Source: a virus
Lineage: Duplodnaviria; Caudoviricetes
Direction: 5' to 3' (one strand)
IMG/VR virus record: IMGVR_UViG_3300037420_002493
Span: 1 to 64,000 of that record
Length of the DNA: 64,000 nt
Shown here in pieces: positions 11,012 to 20,413 of the stretch. A model generated the notes under the pieces. The model was given only the letters and a program-made list of their open reading frames with translations. It was not told where the DNA came from and searched no databases. The position numbers were made by a program, and so were the translations under genes. Every line of letters begins with the position of its first letter. Within the stretch, counting starts at the first letter, position 1.

Positions 11012-11626
11012 CTAGGCAGCAGAAGCGGGTAACTCTTCTGGCAGTCCTGCGAGTAGCGTGACCATATCGTACTTGGACAAATGCTTGTTCCGACCTTTGG
11101 CATTGCGCCACTTAATACCCGCTTGCTGGCAACGCTTCCGCAACTCTTGAGGAGTTAGTTCGTTCAGGTCTACCGTGACCGTTGCCGCGGAGATGGCAGC
11201 AGGTAGCAAACCAGAGATCGTAACCACCGGAGTAACTAGGACAGGCAGGGGGAAGTAGAGAACCTCAGTAATTGGCTCTGCTGCGGGAGGAAGCAAGCCG
11301 ATGACAGGTGAAGCGGGTAGAGCAAGAACTTCAGCCTCAATAGGCTCTTCGATGCCGTAGTAGCCAGCACCGACAATCTTGCCGGACTCATACGCACATT
11401 GGCAGGCGTAGGTGAAGAAGGCGATCGTGCAGACAATCGCACGAATGACATGGGCATAGACACGGAATGCACGTCTGCTGGTCAGTGCGTTGACGGTGCG
11501 ACCGACACCCCAGCACAGGATGCTGAGTGCATCGCGAGTGAAACGGTCTGTAGCGAAGAAGGCGTTGCGAACGACGGTAGCGATGTCGAATGCGGTGTCG
11601 AGGTGGTTGATGAAAGCGTATTGCAT
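11012..11626 (-). CDS. Hypothetical protein with C-terminal HeH/SAP/Rho-N-like helical domain
   Basis: C-terminal LNELTPQELRKRCQQAGIKW..KYDMVTLL; likely start MQYAF at 11626 downstream of a consensus promoter. Confidence 0.55.
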   Translation of the reverse strand: MQYAFINHLDTAFDIATVVRNAFFATDRFTRDALSILCWGVGRTVNALTSRRAFRVYAHVIRAIVCTIAFFTYACQCAYESGKIVGAGYYGIEEPIEAEVLALPASPVIGLLPPAAEPITEVLYFPLPVLVTPVVTISGLLPAAISAATVTVDLNELTPQELRKRCQQAGIKWRNAKGRNKHLSKYDMVTLLAGLPEELPASAA

Positions 11627-11690
11627 TGTGAAAAGCCCGTGTAGTGAGTGGGTTGACCGTGAGGCGCTTGGAACGATTGCCTCTATAATC

Positions 11691-11719
11691 AGAATATGCC
11701 CGTTAACAGGCAATGTCAA
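11691..11719 (-). promoter_or_regulatory. Sigma70-type promoter TTGACA-17-TATTCT with imperfect palindrome TGCCcGTTAACaGGCA in the spacer
   Basis: Read directly on minus strand; palindrome 11697-11712. Confidence 0.6.
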
Positions 11720-11728
11720 GAGGGAAAA

Positions 11729-11926
11729 ATGGGAAACTCAAATCCTAAAACTGATCACCTGAAACCTTACCGATATCCAGAGCACGATCGACCGCTCGGA
11801 AAAGTCATTGGGGTACGGTTCCCGATCGATGTCGAAGCTGTTTTAGCGGTCATGAGTAGCGCTGATCGGTCTGACTATGTTCGAGATGCTGTTGAGGAAA
11901 AGATGAAACGTGATGGCTTGCTGTAG
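11729..11926 (+). CDS. Small ribbon-helix-helix-like DNA-binding protein (paralog of 48772-48969)
   Basis: GKVIGVRFP..DYVRDAVEEKMKRDG vs GKVIGTRYP..DYIRQAVEEKLRADG. Confidence 0.65.
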   Translation: MGNSNPKTDHLKPYRYPEHDRPLGKVIGVRFPIDVEAVLAVMSSADRSDYVRDAVEEKMKRDGLL

Positions 11927-11985
11927 CCTACAATTCGGTCAGGCTGTTTGCTTGCATCTTCCCCGCAGGGGTAATCGATTTCACC

Positions 11986-12507
11986 ATGCCTGATCAGTTT
12001 TTCCAACTCGACATCGACACCTCCCAAATCGACAGCTATTTGGGTGAGTTAACCGTGCGACTGCAAGGGCTTGATCCGCTCTACGACACGATCGCAACCG
12101 ACATCATTCAGCCATTTCTAGACCAACGCTTCGACACTGAAACTGATCCGACTGGGGCACCTTGGGCAGACCTAAAGCCTGCGACCATTCGGCAACGACA
12201 GCGTAAAGGATTAGTGCCGATTAAGAAACTCAACGCCACAGGTAAAGGACGAAAAAATATCAAGGTTGCTGCTGACTCTGGCGGCGTGAAAGTGTCCTAT
12301 GGGGACGATGACACCGATTACATGGATTTGCACAACACGGGGACAGAACGCATGGCTCAGCGTCGGTTTGTCCCCACTCCGCAGGAGGTTGAATCGGGAG
12401 AAGTGGGACGGCAGATTCGGGAAGCGACGGAGAACTACCTAACGCCTGGAATCGGTCGGTTCGTGAAAGGTGAGATTCGACGAACGAAGCGGATTTTGCG
12501 GGGTTAA
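11986..12507 (+). CDS. Phage virion morphogenesis protein (Mu gpG / tail completion S-like)
   Basis: QRF..ETDPTG.PWA.LK..T..R..K....L..TG; YMDLHNTG...M.QRRF motifs. Confidence 0.8.
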   Translation: MPDQFFQLDIDTSQIDSYLGELTVRLQGLDPLYDTIATDIIQPFLDQRFDTETDPTGAPWADLKPATIRQRQRKGLVPIKKLNATGKGRKNIKVAADSGGVKVSYGDDDTDYMDLHNTGTERMAQRRFVPTPQEVESGEVGRQIREATENYLTPGIGRFVKGEIRRTKRILRG

Positions 12508-12509
12508 AT

Positions 12510-13637
12510 CTAACATCTTCTAAACTTGACTCGACGCGCTTTACCAGCAGACAGTGAAATATTCCCCTGTGTCTCGCTTTCGCATACAGGGTAGTCATGA
12601 AATGTTGCGTCGGTCATTTCGCTACCTATCCTTATATTTTTTCTTGTTCCATGCATAGTATAAGCCAGCCCACCACAGCGTTCTAGCTTTCTATCCCAGT
12701 AAACTTTAAGACTTATAAAACGAAGGCTTTTAAGAATGTATCGACGCTCTTTTAGTTCTGAGATTTCCTCGCCCTGTTGCCTGCGATAAACAAGAATCCA
12801 ACAAATTCGGATGAGACGATCGCGCCTTTCATCCTCAACCCTGCTGTCGGTATTGCGCCAATACGATCGCGGTTGCGTGTATCGCAAATATTTTTCAAGG
12901 AGATCCCCCGCTTCTTTTGGATAAGGGTTTGGCGTGGGAGGATACCACAACCCCCACGCATGTTTAGAGCGATCGCCGCAATTTATCTGCTGATTTGCTT
13001 TTGTATATTGCAGTAGCTTGGATTTGCTCCATTCAGATGTTCCGCCACAGTCGCACTGCATTAACCATGTCGGCTTGTGAGCGCGATCGCGTTTTCCGGT
13101 CAATCTGACTGCAACAAGTTCACCGAACCGCTGACCGGAAATGTCGTGCGGTCTGCGCTTGTTGTCCACTAATTCTTTCCTGCGTTGTTTCCCCAGGCAT
13201 CCGCACGACTTGCGTTTACCTGAGTCTATGTCATGCCTAGTATCCTGAAACGTCTGTCCGCAGTAGCCGCATTCAAAATTCCAGGGTTGCCGATGCCGCC
13301 CATTTTTAACTCCTTGTTCTGCCTTGCCCAAAACAAGGATCATTCCAATTTTTTGACCAGCAATGAGATCTGGCTTTGCTCTCAATCTGCCATTTCTACG
13401 GGAAGCTTCAGCTTTTGTGCATCCACAAGATGGGTTTGGCTTGCTTGGGCTGTCAAAATAATTGCGCGGTTTCTGAACAGTTCTGCTGCATTCACATTGA
13501 CACCAATACAATTGGATGGAAACTTTGCCACTCTTGTATTTTGGATTGCTAGTTGATTTGAAGACACGATCGCCCTTTCCCAAAACCGTGAGCTTTCCAA
13601 ATCTTTGCCCTGTCGGATCTGGTTTTGCTGCTACCAC
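12510..13637 (-). CDS. Protein with three tandem GQ(R/K)(F/I)G..V...W/Y.C.C.C repeats
   Basis: Repeats of the type found in phage HNH/AP2-associated proteins; no HNH motif recognised. Confidence 0.6.
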   Translation of the reverse strand: MVAAKPDPTGQRFGKLTVLGKGDRVFKSTSNPKYKSGKVSIQLYWCQCECSRTVQKPRNYFDSPSKPNPSCGCTKAEASRRNGRLRAKPDLIAGQKIGMILVLGKAEQGVKNGRHRQPWNFECGYCGQTFQDTRHDIDSGKRKSCGCLGKQRRKELVDNKRRPHDISGQRFGELVAVRLTGKRDRAHKPTWLMQCDCGGTSEWSKSKLLQYTKANQQINCGDRSKHAWGLWYPPTPNPYPKEAGDLLEKYLRYTQPRSYWRNTDSRVEDERRDRLIRICWILVYRRQQGEEISELKERRYILKSLRFISLKVYWDRKLERCGGLAYTMHGTRKNIRIGSEMTDATFHDYPVCESETQGNISLSAGKARRVKFRRC

Positions 13638-13996
13638 GGATCTCTACACCATTCGTCCCTTTCTACAAATCCATCCAGCTTGGCGTCAAAACGCAATCCA
13701 AACAGTCTGACACCTCCCGAGACGAAACTCAGAATGGTGATAGTTTTTCTAAAAACAAGTAGTGATTGATGCAGTACTTTGGCATCTCTAGGGTAGAGCA
13801 AACACGAGTCCGCTCTCATCAGGACATTGATTGGTCGGTAGTCGTTAGGGTCATCATTATTGTCTTGCTGTAACCACGCCCAATCTCGATCGTTGACCCC
13901 ACCTCGATTGAGTACCGCTTGAATCTCTTTCGGTACTTCACACCTCAGAAATTCTTGCATTGATTGATATTGCTTCTGCTCAAGGTCTGTCATCAT
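13631..13996 (-). CDS. Hypothetical protein
   Basis: 121 aa ORF coupled to XRE gene and next gene. Confidence 0.6.
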   Translation of the reverse strand: MMTDLEQKQYQSMQEFLRCEVPKEIQAVLNRGGVNDRDWAWLQQDNNDDPNDYRPINVLMRADSCLLYPRDAKVLHQSLLVFRKTITILSFVSGGVRLFGLRFDAKLDGFVERDEWCRDPW

Positions 13997-14245
13997 TTAC
14001 AACCACTGCTCAAACACATCTTCTCTGGTCAGTACCAGCGGGTTGTTTAGTTTCAGAACTTGCCCGATCGCGGGCAACAACTCAGTTGGCAAGCTGACTT
14101 CTCCGCGTTCAATTCGCCCAACCTGCCGACGAGAGTACCCGATCGCCAACGCTAACACCTCTTGTGTGATTCCGAGTGATTTGCGTCGAGTTGAAATGTT
14201 ATTGCCAACAATCTGAGGAGCGGTTTTCGGGCGAACCTGAGACAT
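13997..14245 (-). CDS. XRE/Cro-C1 HTH regulator
   Basis: RRKSLGITQEVLALAIGYSRRQVGRIERGE; divergent from head operon. Confidence 0.85.
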   Translation of the reverse strand: MSQVRPKTAPQIVGNNISTRRKSLGITQEVLALAIGYSRRQVGRIERGEVSLPTELLPAIGQVLKLNNPLVLTREDVFEQWL

Positions 14246-14322
14246 TGCGTACCGAATCAGAACCAGCAACGCCATTTTACTCAAACTCTATCTATTGTGA
14301 TGGTCAGATTACAGAATTCACA

Positions 14323-15762
14323 ATGGCAACTGCAACACAAACGCCACTCAGCATTCTAGGTGTAGAACTATTTCTTCCTGGTGTACGCCGGGATAGTCTA
14401 GGTCGAACAAAAGAATGGGAGGACTGGGAATTAAATGAAATGGCGAGCTCTTACAACTCTGTTGTAAGAGATGTGCATGATGCTCCAGTCTTGATTGGTC
14501 ACGATGGAAAGACCCTAGAACAAGATCAAGGGCTTCCTGCAAACAGCTACGCATCTCCTGAGATGACTCCGCAGGGAGAAGCCTCGTATGCTTGGCTAGA
14601 ACGCGCCTATGTTGAGAACGGAAAACTTAAAGGCGACTATCGAAAAGTCAATCCTAGTTTTGCTCAAGCGCTAGAAAACGAGACCTACAAAAAGCGTTCA
14701 ATTTCAATCTATCCGCGCAACCATCCAGACAATCCCACTCCTGGTAAGCTCAACATTCGCCATGTTGCATACGTTGCCATTCCTGCTGTGAAGGGAATGA
14801 AAGATCACGCTTTTGGAGAGGGCAATTTTTTTGAGTTTGAATTTGCTGAATTTTACGGTTCTGCGTGGAGCGCGATCGCTCGGCTCATGCAAGGACTGCG
14901 CGATCGGATGATTGAAGATGCAGACCTAGAAACTGCTAACGCCACATTTCCCACAGAACTGCTGGATGCGATTCAACGACAGGCAAACGACTCTAACGAT
15001 TACGTCACCGTGAGTCAGTTTGTTGACGCGCTGAACAGTGTTGACGCATTACGCGCTCAAGTTTCCCAACTATCCATGCTCATGCAAGGCTCTGACCTTG
15101 CCTACTCGGAATCAACTATGAATCTCAAGAAAATGATGGCTGACAAGGGAGTAACCGCTGTCAAAGGCATTGCTCCTATGGATTTGCAGGCAATTATCAA
15201 AGGTGACAAAACCGCCACATCGGAGCAGATGCAAATGATTGCTGACGCTTTAGGAGTCAGCGTTGATGAGTTAAAACCGAAAACTACCAACATGAGCGAA
15301 CCAGAAGACTATCAGCAACTCAAGGCGCAAGTTGCCGCCTTAGCCACCGAAAACAAACAACTGCGCGACGATCGTGAGCGCGATCGGGTGACGAATTTCG
15401 TTGAAAAATTGGTTCAAGAACGCAAGGTTCTCCCTGCTAACAAGGCAGAAGTAATTGAACTAGCAATCAGCTTGCCCAATGATAAAACGCTCAACTACAG
15501 CGAAGGAACGGGGAGCGTTGAAGCCACACCGCGCGATCGTTATCTCAGCCAGCTTCAAAAAGGCAAGGAACTCTGGAGCAATTCCCAGATGCCAACCAAC
15601 CCTTCAGACGCGCCGAACAATTTTAGCGAAACCGCCAAGCTCGAAGGGTTTGACGCTGAATCGACCAAAACAGACCAACTGATTAAGCAGCGCATGAAAG
15701 ACCAAGGCTGTGACTATGCCGAAGCGGTCAATCAACTCATTTCTACTGGCGAAATTCGCTAG
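14323..15762 (+). CDS. Mu gpI-like prohead protease/scaffold with internal XRE-like HTH
   Basis: APVLIGH, AYAW/YAWL, YKKRSISIY, RHVAYVAIPAVKGM motifs; coiled-coil scaffold C-terminus; precedes cement and capsid genes. Confidence 0.85.
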   Translation: MATATQTPLSILGVELFLPGVRRDSLGRTKEWEDWELNEMASSYNSVVRDVHDAPVLIGHDGKTLEQDQGLPANSYASPEMTPQGEASYAWLERAYVENGKLKGDYRKVNPSFAQALENETYKKRSISIYPRNHPDNPTPGKLNIRHVAYVAIPAVKGMKDHAFGEGNFFEFEFAEFYGSAWSAIARLMQGLRDRMIEDADLETANATFPTELLDAIQRQANDSNDYVTVSQFVDALNSVDALRAQVSQLSMLMQGSDLAYSESTMNLKKMMADKGVTAVKGIAPMDLQAIIKGDKTATSEQMQMIADALGVSVDELKPKTTNMSEPEDYQQLKAQVAALATENKQLRDDRERDRVTNFVEKLVQERKVLPANKAEVIELAISLPNDKTLNYSEGTGSVEATPRDRYLSQLQKGKELWSNSQMPTNPSDAPNNFSETAKLEGFDAESTKTDQLIKQRMKDQGCDYAEAVNQLISTGEIR

Positions 15763-15801
15763 TCAATTTTTCCCTAGAATCCCCTCAAGAGGAATCCATC
15801 A

Positions 15802-16146
15802 ATGGCATTTAGACAAGATCCACACTGCTTATCCGTTCCGATAGCAGGAACCGTTACCAAAAAACGGTTTGTTAACTACAACGGAACTCAAGCCGTTGCT
15901 AACCAGAACACGATCGGGGTCGCTGTGTATGGCGGTGTATCTGGCGATTGCATCGAAGTTGACCATCTCGGAGTTACGGCAGTAGAAGCCGGAGCGGTGA
16001 TTAACGGTTCTGAACTGCGCTTGCAAACCGATGCTCAAGGACGCGCCGTTCCCTACACCACAGGTCCAACCGTCGCGAAACTCTTTCCCGGTCAAACTGC
16101 GACGGCAGCAGGGCAAGAAATCTCCGTCACTCTCATGCCGAACTAA
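15802..16146 (+). CDS. Capsid cement/decoration protein (DUF2190-like)
   Basis: 114 aa between protease and capsid; G.T.VEAG.VI..G..L.TDAQGRAV motif. Confidence 0.75.
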   Translation: MAFRQDPHCLSVPIAGTVTKKRFVNYNGTQAVANQNTIGVAVYGGVSGDCIEVDHLGVTAVEAGAVINGSELRLQTDAQGRAVPYTTGPTVAKLFPGQTATAAGQEISVTLMPN

Positions 16147-16201
16147 TCTCTAATCCTTCCCAACCCCTTAAGTCCCTACCCGATAAGGAATATCAAAATC
16201 C

Positions 16202-17197
16202 ATGGCAGTCATTACCGGAATGAATGTGAGAGATGTCAAGGCAGGTGATAACCGTGTCTTGACTAATCTCGCAAACGGCTACACCAACGCTGAATTTGTT
16301 GGAAAGTACCTTTCTCCCTTTGTTAAAGTCAAAAGCCGCACTGGCTTGGTAATCAGTTTCGATAAGTCTACGTTTCGTCGCCACAAGGACGATCGGGCAC
16401 CCGGCGGACCCTACAACATCATTGAAGCGGGCTACGAATCAGATCCGTATTCGGTGAAGAACAAGGGTCTGATGTACAAGGTGCCTGTTGAGCACCAGGA
16501 AGAAGCTGCTCAGGCATCTATCAATCTGGGCATGATGGCTCAAAGCGCCTTATCTGACGCTGAAGCACTCAACATCGAACTTGAGCAACGAGATATGGCA
16601 ATCAATCCCGCCAACTACAACGGCTCTACAGCCGCGCTGTCGGGAACAGATAGGTTTGATGATCCCACCTCAACCCCTGGCTTGTTGGTTCGTGATGTCA
16701 GTTCAGACACCGCTCGCAAATGCGGTCGAAGACCAAACTTGATTCTCACTGGACCGGATGTGACAAATGCCTTGGCGGTGCATCCTGACGTGAAACAGCA
16801 GTTTCATCAAACAAATAGCGGATCCATCACCGATGACATGCTGAAAGAGTACTTCGGGCTTCCGAAGGAAGGGCGTTACATTACAGGCGAAGCCATCGAA
16901 GAAGTCAACCCAGCTACTGGTGAAACGGATTTTATTTGGGGTAAATACTTCATTCTGGCGTATGTCAACCCAGCGGCTTTGAAGTCTGGCGAGATTGCCT
17001 ACACCGCTAACAACAACCTCAACCGTATCACTCAGCCCTCCAAGTTCTACACCTACGTGCTAGATGGCAACCCAACGGTTTCTAACCCCTTCTGGGATGA
17101 GTTCCACGATTCTTGGTTCTACAAAATCAAGTTTGAGCGGTCCACAGAAAACACAGGTATCGATTCGGGCTACCTGCTTTCAACGGTGGTGAGCTAA
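16202..17197 (+). CDS. Major capsid protein
   Basis: 331 aa; LTNLANGY.N..FVG..L.P.V.V and GRRPN.IL.G.DV..AL..HP motifs of Mu-like capsids. Confidence 0.88.
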   Translation: MAVITGMNVRDVKAGDNRVLTNLANGYTNAEFVGKYLSPFVKVKSRTGLVISFDKSTFRRHKDDRAPGGPYNIIEAGYESDPYSVKNKGLMYKVPVEHQEEAAQASINLGMMAQSALSDAEALNIELEQRDMAINPANYNGSTAALSGTDRFDDPTSTPGLLVRDVSSDTARKCGRRPNLILTGPDVTNALAVHPDVKQQFHQTNSGSITDDMLKEYFGLPKEGRYITGEAIEEVNPATGETDFIWGKYFILAYVNPAALKSGEIAYTANNNLNRITQPSKFYTYVLDGNPTVSNPFWDEFHDSWFYKIKFERSTENTGIDSGYLLSTVVS

Positions 17198-17233
17198 TCA
17201 CTGCCTTGTTCTAAACTACTCTCTCGTGAACTC

Positions 17234-17479
17234 ATGGAAAACTACACCGTCAAAAGCCGAGTTCGGCACAACAAGGAATGGTATAACGCTGGAGATACGA
17301 TCGCGCTCACTCCGAAAGAAGCTGAACCCCTGATTGCAGATGGCGCGATCGACCCCAATGGAACTCCCATTCCAGAGCCAAAACCAGACACCCCGATCGA
17401 GACCGAAACCCCTCCCAAATCGGTCAGCGTGACCGATTCTGAAAAGCCATCCACCAAAAAGCCCGCTAAAGAGGCGTAA
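17234..17479 (+). CDS. Small head-associated protein (paralog of 18351-18521)
   Basis: Y.V...VRHN...Y.AGD.I.LTPKEAEPLIA; P/T/K-rich tail. Confidence 0.7.
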   Translation: MENYTVKSRVRHNKEWYNAGDTIALTPKEAEPLIADGAIDPNGTPIPEPKPDTPIETETPPKSVSVTDSEKPSTKKPAKEA

Positions 17480-17482
17480 CTT

Positions 17483-17902
17483 GTGGCATACATCACACCC
17501 GATGACATGATTGTGCTCTTTGAGGAGCCGGAACTTGTGGAGGCAACCAACCTCCGCAACGCTTCAGCGGTGCTCATCAACATGGAGAAGTTACAACTCG
17601 CGTGTGATAGTGCCCAAGGGATTATTGATGGCTGGATTGGTCAGCGGTACTCGTTGCCACTCACCGATATGTCAGATCATCTGGCTCAGACCCTGAGAAT
17701 CCATGCTGCCAACATTGCGCGGCATCAACTCGACGGATCTACCGAGGAGGTTCGGAATAAGTATGAGGATGCAATTCAGTGGCTGAAGTGGTTTAGCGGC
17801 AACAGTACGGGCAGTACTGGCTCGAATACTGTGAGTTCGGTGAACTACGACATCAGCAAGCAGTCGAATTCAAAGCTAAGCTGCGCGGCGGAGTGGTTCT
17901 GA
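17483..17902 (+). CDS. Mu gp36-like head-tail adaptor (DUF1320)
   Basis: MAYIT.DD....F...EL; A...IDG.IG.RY.LPL; IARHQL..YE.AI.WL. Confidence 0.85.
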   Translation: MAYITPDDMIVLFEEPELVEATNLRNASAVLINMEKLQLACDSAQGIIDGWIGQRYSLPLTDMSDHLAQTLRIHAANIARHQLDGSTEEVRNKYEDAIQWLKWFSGNSTGSTGSNTVSSVNYDISKQSNSKLSCAAEWF

Positions 17903-18348
17903 TGAGCATTGCCACGATCGAGGCTGACTTAATCACCCGACTGCAAACCCTGGAAGCCGATCAGAACCTCAAGGTGATTGCGTTTCCCACGAATCCCGAT
18001 GAGCTGTATCGTCCCCCCTGCGATCGCATTATCGTCGGATTCAACCGGGAAAGCCTATCTCGTCCGAATACCACGAGCTTTACAGCCCCCATCATTCAAG
18101 AACGGCAACTCGACTTTGGCATTTACGTTCAGATTCGAGACCTTCGAGGACGGAAGCAATCAAACCCAAGGCTGGTTGAGCTAATGGATTTGATTCGAGA
18201 CCTGATTACTGGGATGCGTCCCACAGGCGACAAGACTCATTGGTTTTACCAAACCGCAGGCAGCTTTGTTCAATTAGCCGAAGCGTTTTGGTTGTATTCG
18301 ATGAACTTTTCCATCTCGGTGCCCTATACCAAACGCGATCGGAGTTAA
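17902..18348 (+). CDS. Mu gp37-like tail completion/terminator protein
   Basis: IEA.LI.RL at N-terminus, LMD.IRD.ITG.RP; position after gp36-like; ATG overlaps upstream TGA. Confidence 0.7.
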   Translation: MSIATIEADLITRLQTLEADQNLKVIAFPTNPDELYRPPCDRIIVGFNRESLSRPNTTSFTAPIIQERQLDFGIYVQIRDLRGRKQSNPRLVELMDLIRDLITGMRPTGDKTHWFYQTAGSFVQLAEAFWLYSMNFSISVPYTKRDRS

Positions 18349-18350
18349 AT

Positions 18351-18521
18351 ATGTCCAGCGAAACCAAAGAAAAATACCGCGTCGTTCAGCAAATCACGTT
18401 TAAGTCAGGTGATGTTTTTCCAGATCAGGAAATTGAACTGACCCCCAAAGAGGCTGAACCACTCGTAGCAGCTTCTGCCCTCGTTCCGGTTAAGGCAGAA
18501 GAGAAAGCTAAGAGCAAGTAA
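18351..18521 (+). CDS. Small virion protein (paralog of 17234-17479)
   Basis: Shares LTPKEAEPL(I/V)A. Confidence 0.65.
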   Translation: MSSETKEKYRVVQQITFKSGDVFPDQEIELTPKEAEPLVAASALVPVKAEEKAKSK

Positions 18522-18542
18522 TTATTTAGGAGCAACTCAGTA

Positions 18543-19289
18543 ATGGCAATTTTAACGGGTTGGGGACTCCCTGACTTTCTGGTGAATGGTTATTTGTTGG
18601 ATGTCGAGCCGATGGAGATTTCCGTCGATGCGAGTTCTGACACTAAGAAGGCGAAGAAGTTTGTCGGCGGCAAGCTCGTCACGGCAGGTACAGCAACGGG
18701 TGAAGAAACCTATGTGCTGAAGTTGGGAATTGAAGCCATTAAGTGGCAAGACATCCAGTTCGCGTTAGGGCAACTTTCTACCGTGGCATCTACACTCAGC
18801 TTGCCAGAGCGCAAAGAGGCAACGGTACCGTTGACCACGCCTTACGAAATTACGGATGCCGATATTACCGATACCAGCGTGTGGGTAACGTTGCGAGATA
18901 AAGGAGCGTGGGGGCTACCAAAACCACTTACTAAAGTCATCACAACGCCTTCAACAGGGCAGTTTCAGGTTGACGCAGAGAACAACAAGCTGATTTTCCC
19001 TGCCGCTTATGCAGGGGCACGCATTTTGTACCGAGTGTTTGTTGAGCAAACCGCGATCGATGCAATTGGCGTCAGCGCAACTCCAACCTTGCTCAATGAG
19101 CTTTCCTTTAGTGGTGTGACCTACGGTGACACCGAAACAGGACAGTTCAAGTTCTACATTCCCAAGGCAACCCGCTCATCAGCTCCGTCGATTAACCCCA
19201 GTGATGTGACAAAGCTCGAAATTGAGTATGAGCTAGTTCCAACCACCTCAAACCCGCTACCGTTCATCACCGTTCCAATCAGTGCCTAA
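18543..19289 (+). CDS. Major tail (tube) protein
   Basis: 248 aa beta-rich, between gp37-like and chaperone; no sheath gene. Confidence 0.7.
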   Translation: MAILTGWGLPDFLVNGYLLDVEPMEISVDASSDTKKAKKFVGGKLVTAGTATGEETYVLKLGIEAIKWQDIQFALGQLSTVASTLSLPERKEATVPLTTPYEITDADITDTSVWVTLRDKGAWGLPKPLTKVITTPSTGQFQVDAENNKLIFPAAYAGARILYRVFVEQTAIDAIGVSATPTLLNELSFSGVTYGDTETGQFKFYIPKATRSSAPSINPSDVTKLEIEYELVPTTSNPLPFITVPISA

Positions 19290-19860
19290 CTGGATTGAGT
19301 TTGCTCCGCCTGCTGAATTTCAAGATCGGGATGGCATTGTCCGCCCGATCGCAACTTGCTCTTTAATTGGTCGGTTTGAGTTCAATGAACGAATTGAGCA
19401 AATTCAATCTCGCCTTGCTCTGGCAGAAGCGGGGGAGTCGTGGCAAGTCTTGTACGATCGGGATAAGCGACTTCGGTTTTATGTCGATCGATGCCTCCAA
19501 TTGAACGGCATTAGTCCGGAGTGGGTGACGCTGGAAATGGTGGAAGCATTCCTGTTTCACCGTTTTGATGAGGAGACTGACGAGTATCTTCCGGGTTGGT
19601 TGGTGGAGTTAAATTCGCCCAAACAAGCACCTCACAAGGTAGCACCAGAGAAGCCTTTGACGTTGGCAGAAATCCTTGCAGCATTGTCACTGCAAACCAG
19701 TGTTAGCGACGCTTTAGAGGTTGCCAGTTCCATTCCTGCTGAGATGGTGACAGCAATTAGTGAGGAGCGGAATCGAATGATGAGGCAGGCTCACGAGGGC
19801 AAGCCGCCTCAATCATCGAAACCTACTCGTGAAGAGTTGATGGAGTTGCTCAACAAGTAA
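19282..19860 (+). CDS. Putative tail assembly chaperone
   Basis: Directly follows and overlaps tube gene; acidic helical. Confidence 0.55.
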   Translation: MPNWIEFAPPAEFQDRDGIVRPIATCSLIGRFEFNERIEQIQSRLALAEAGESWQVLYDRDKRLRFYVDRCLQLNGISPEWVTLEMVEAFLFHRFDEETDEYLPGWLVELNSPKQAPHKVAPEKPLTLAEILAALSLQTSVSDALEVASSIPAEMVTAISEERNRMMRQAHEGKPPQSSKPTREELMELLNK

Positions 19861-19865
19861 GCAAC

Positions 19866-20168
19866 CTACCCTTTTCGCTTGGTCTGAGAATCTGAATCTT
19901 TACGATCGGGTGACTGTAAAGACTTTTGCGACTCTTCAGGGGTTACCTTGGGAGTTGGCTGGACAGGTAGTGAGTTGGGCTTGCTGAATGTAAAACTGTT
20001 GTTTCCAGACTTCAAGTCAACATTGTAACCTTGGTGGATTGCGTAGATAGACAGAATGAAAATCTGCGAAGCAATTATTAGTGCTGTGAAATTTTTATTC
20101 ACCGGGGAGTGGGTGTTGTATCGTACCCGCCCCTGGCTAAAGCATCGTTGACAAATAAATCCTAGCAC
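19866..20168 (-). CDS. Small membrane protein (moron-like); start uncertain
   Basis: One hydrophobic helix plus P/S/K-rich tail; palindrome upstream at 20205. Confidence 0.5.
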   Translation of the reverse strand: MLGFICQRCFSQGRVRYNTHSPVNKNFTALIIASQIFILSIYAIHQGYNVDLKSGNNSFTFSKPNSLPVQPTPKVTPEESQKSLQSPDRKDSDSQTKRKG

Positions 20169-20413
20169 AAGGATTTAGAAAGGTCTCCTCCTAGAGTAGG
20201 AGCCAAATCGGTCAGCTATGACCGATTTCAAAAACATTGTTACAGCATTTCTAAACTTAACTACAATGACAGCTAAGTTTTATACGAAATTCTATAAAGA
20301 TCAGCAGCTTTGCAGTCGATCGGTCCCTGTCACCACAGGGATTTTTTGTATCTGTCCGTCGATCGCTGAATTCAGCGTTATATTTGTCAAAGTCTTTGTC
20401 CTGACTTCGCTTC

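Noticed and set aside
11986-11996. Spacer 2 matching the start of gene 11986 (TGCCTGATC, 9 nt)
   Set aside because: Short match expected by chance and the flank is not ATN; the portal alignment fits better.
19282-19870. Programmed frameshift in tail chaperone
   Set aside because: No downstream plus-strand ORF to shift into; a convergent gene follows the stop.
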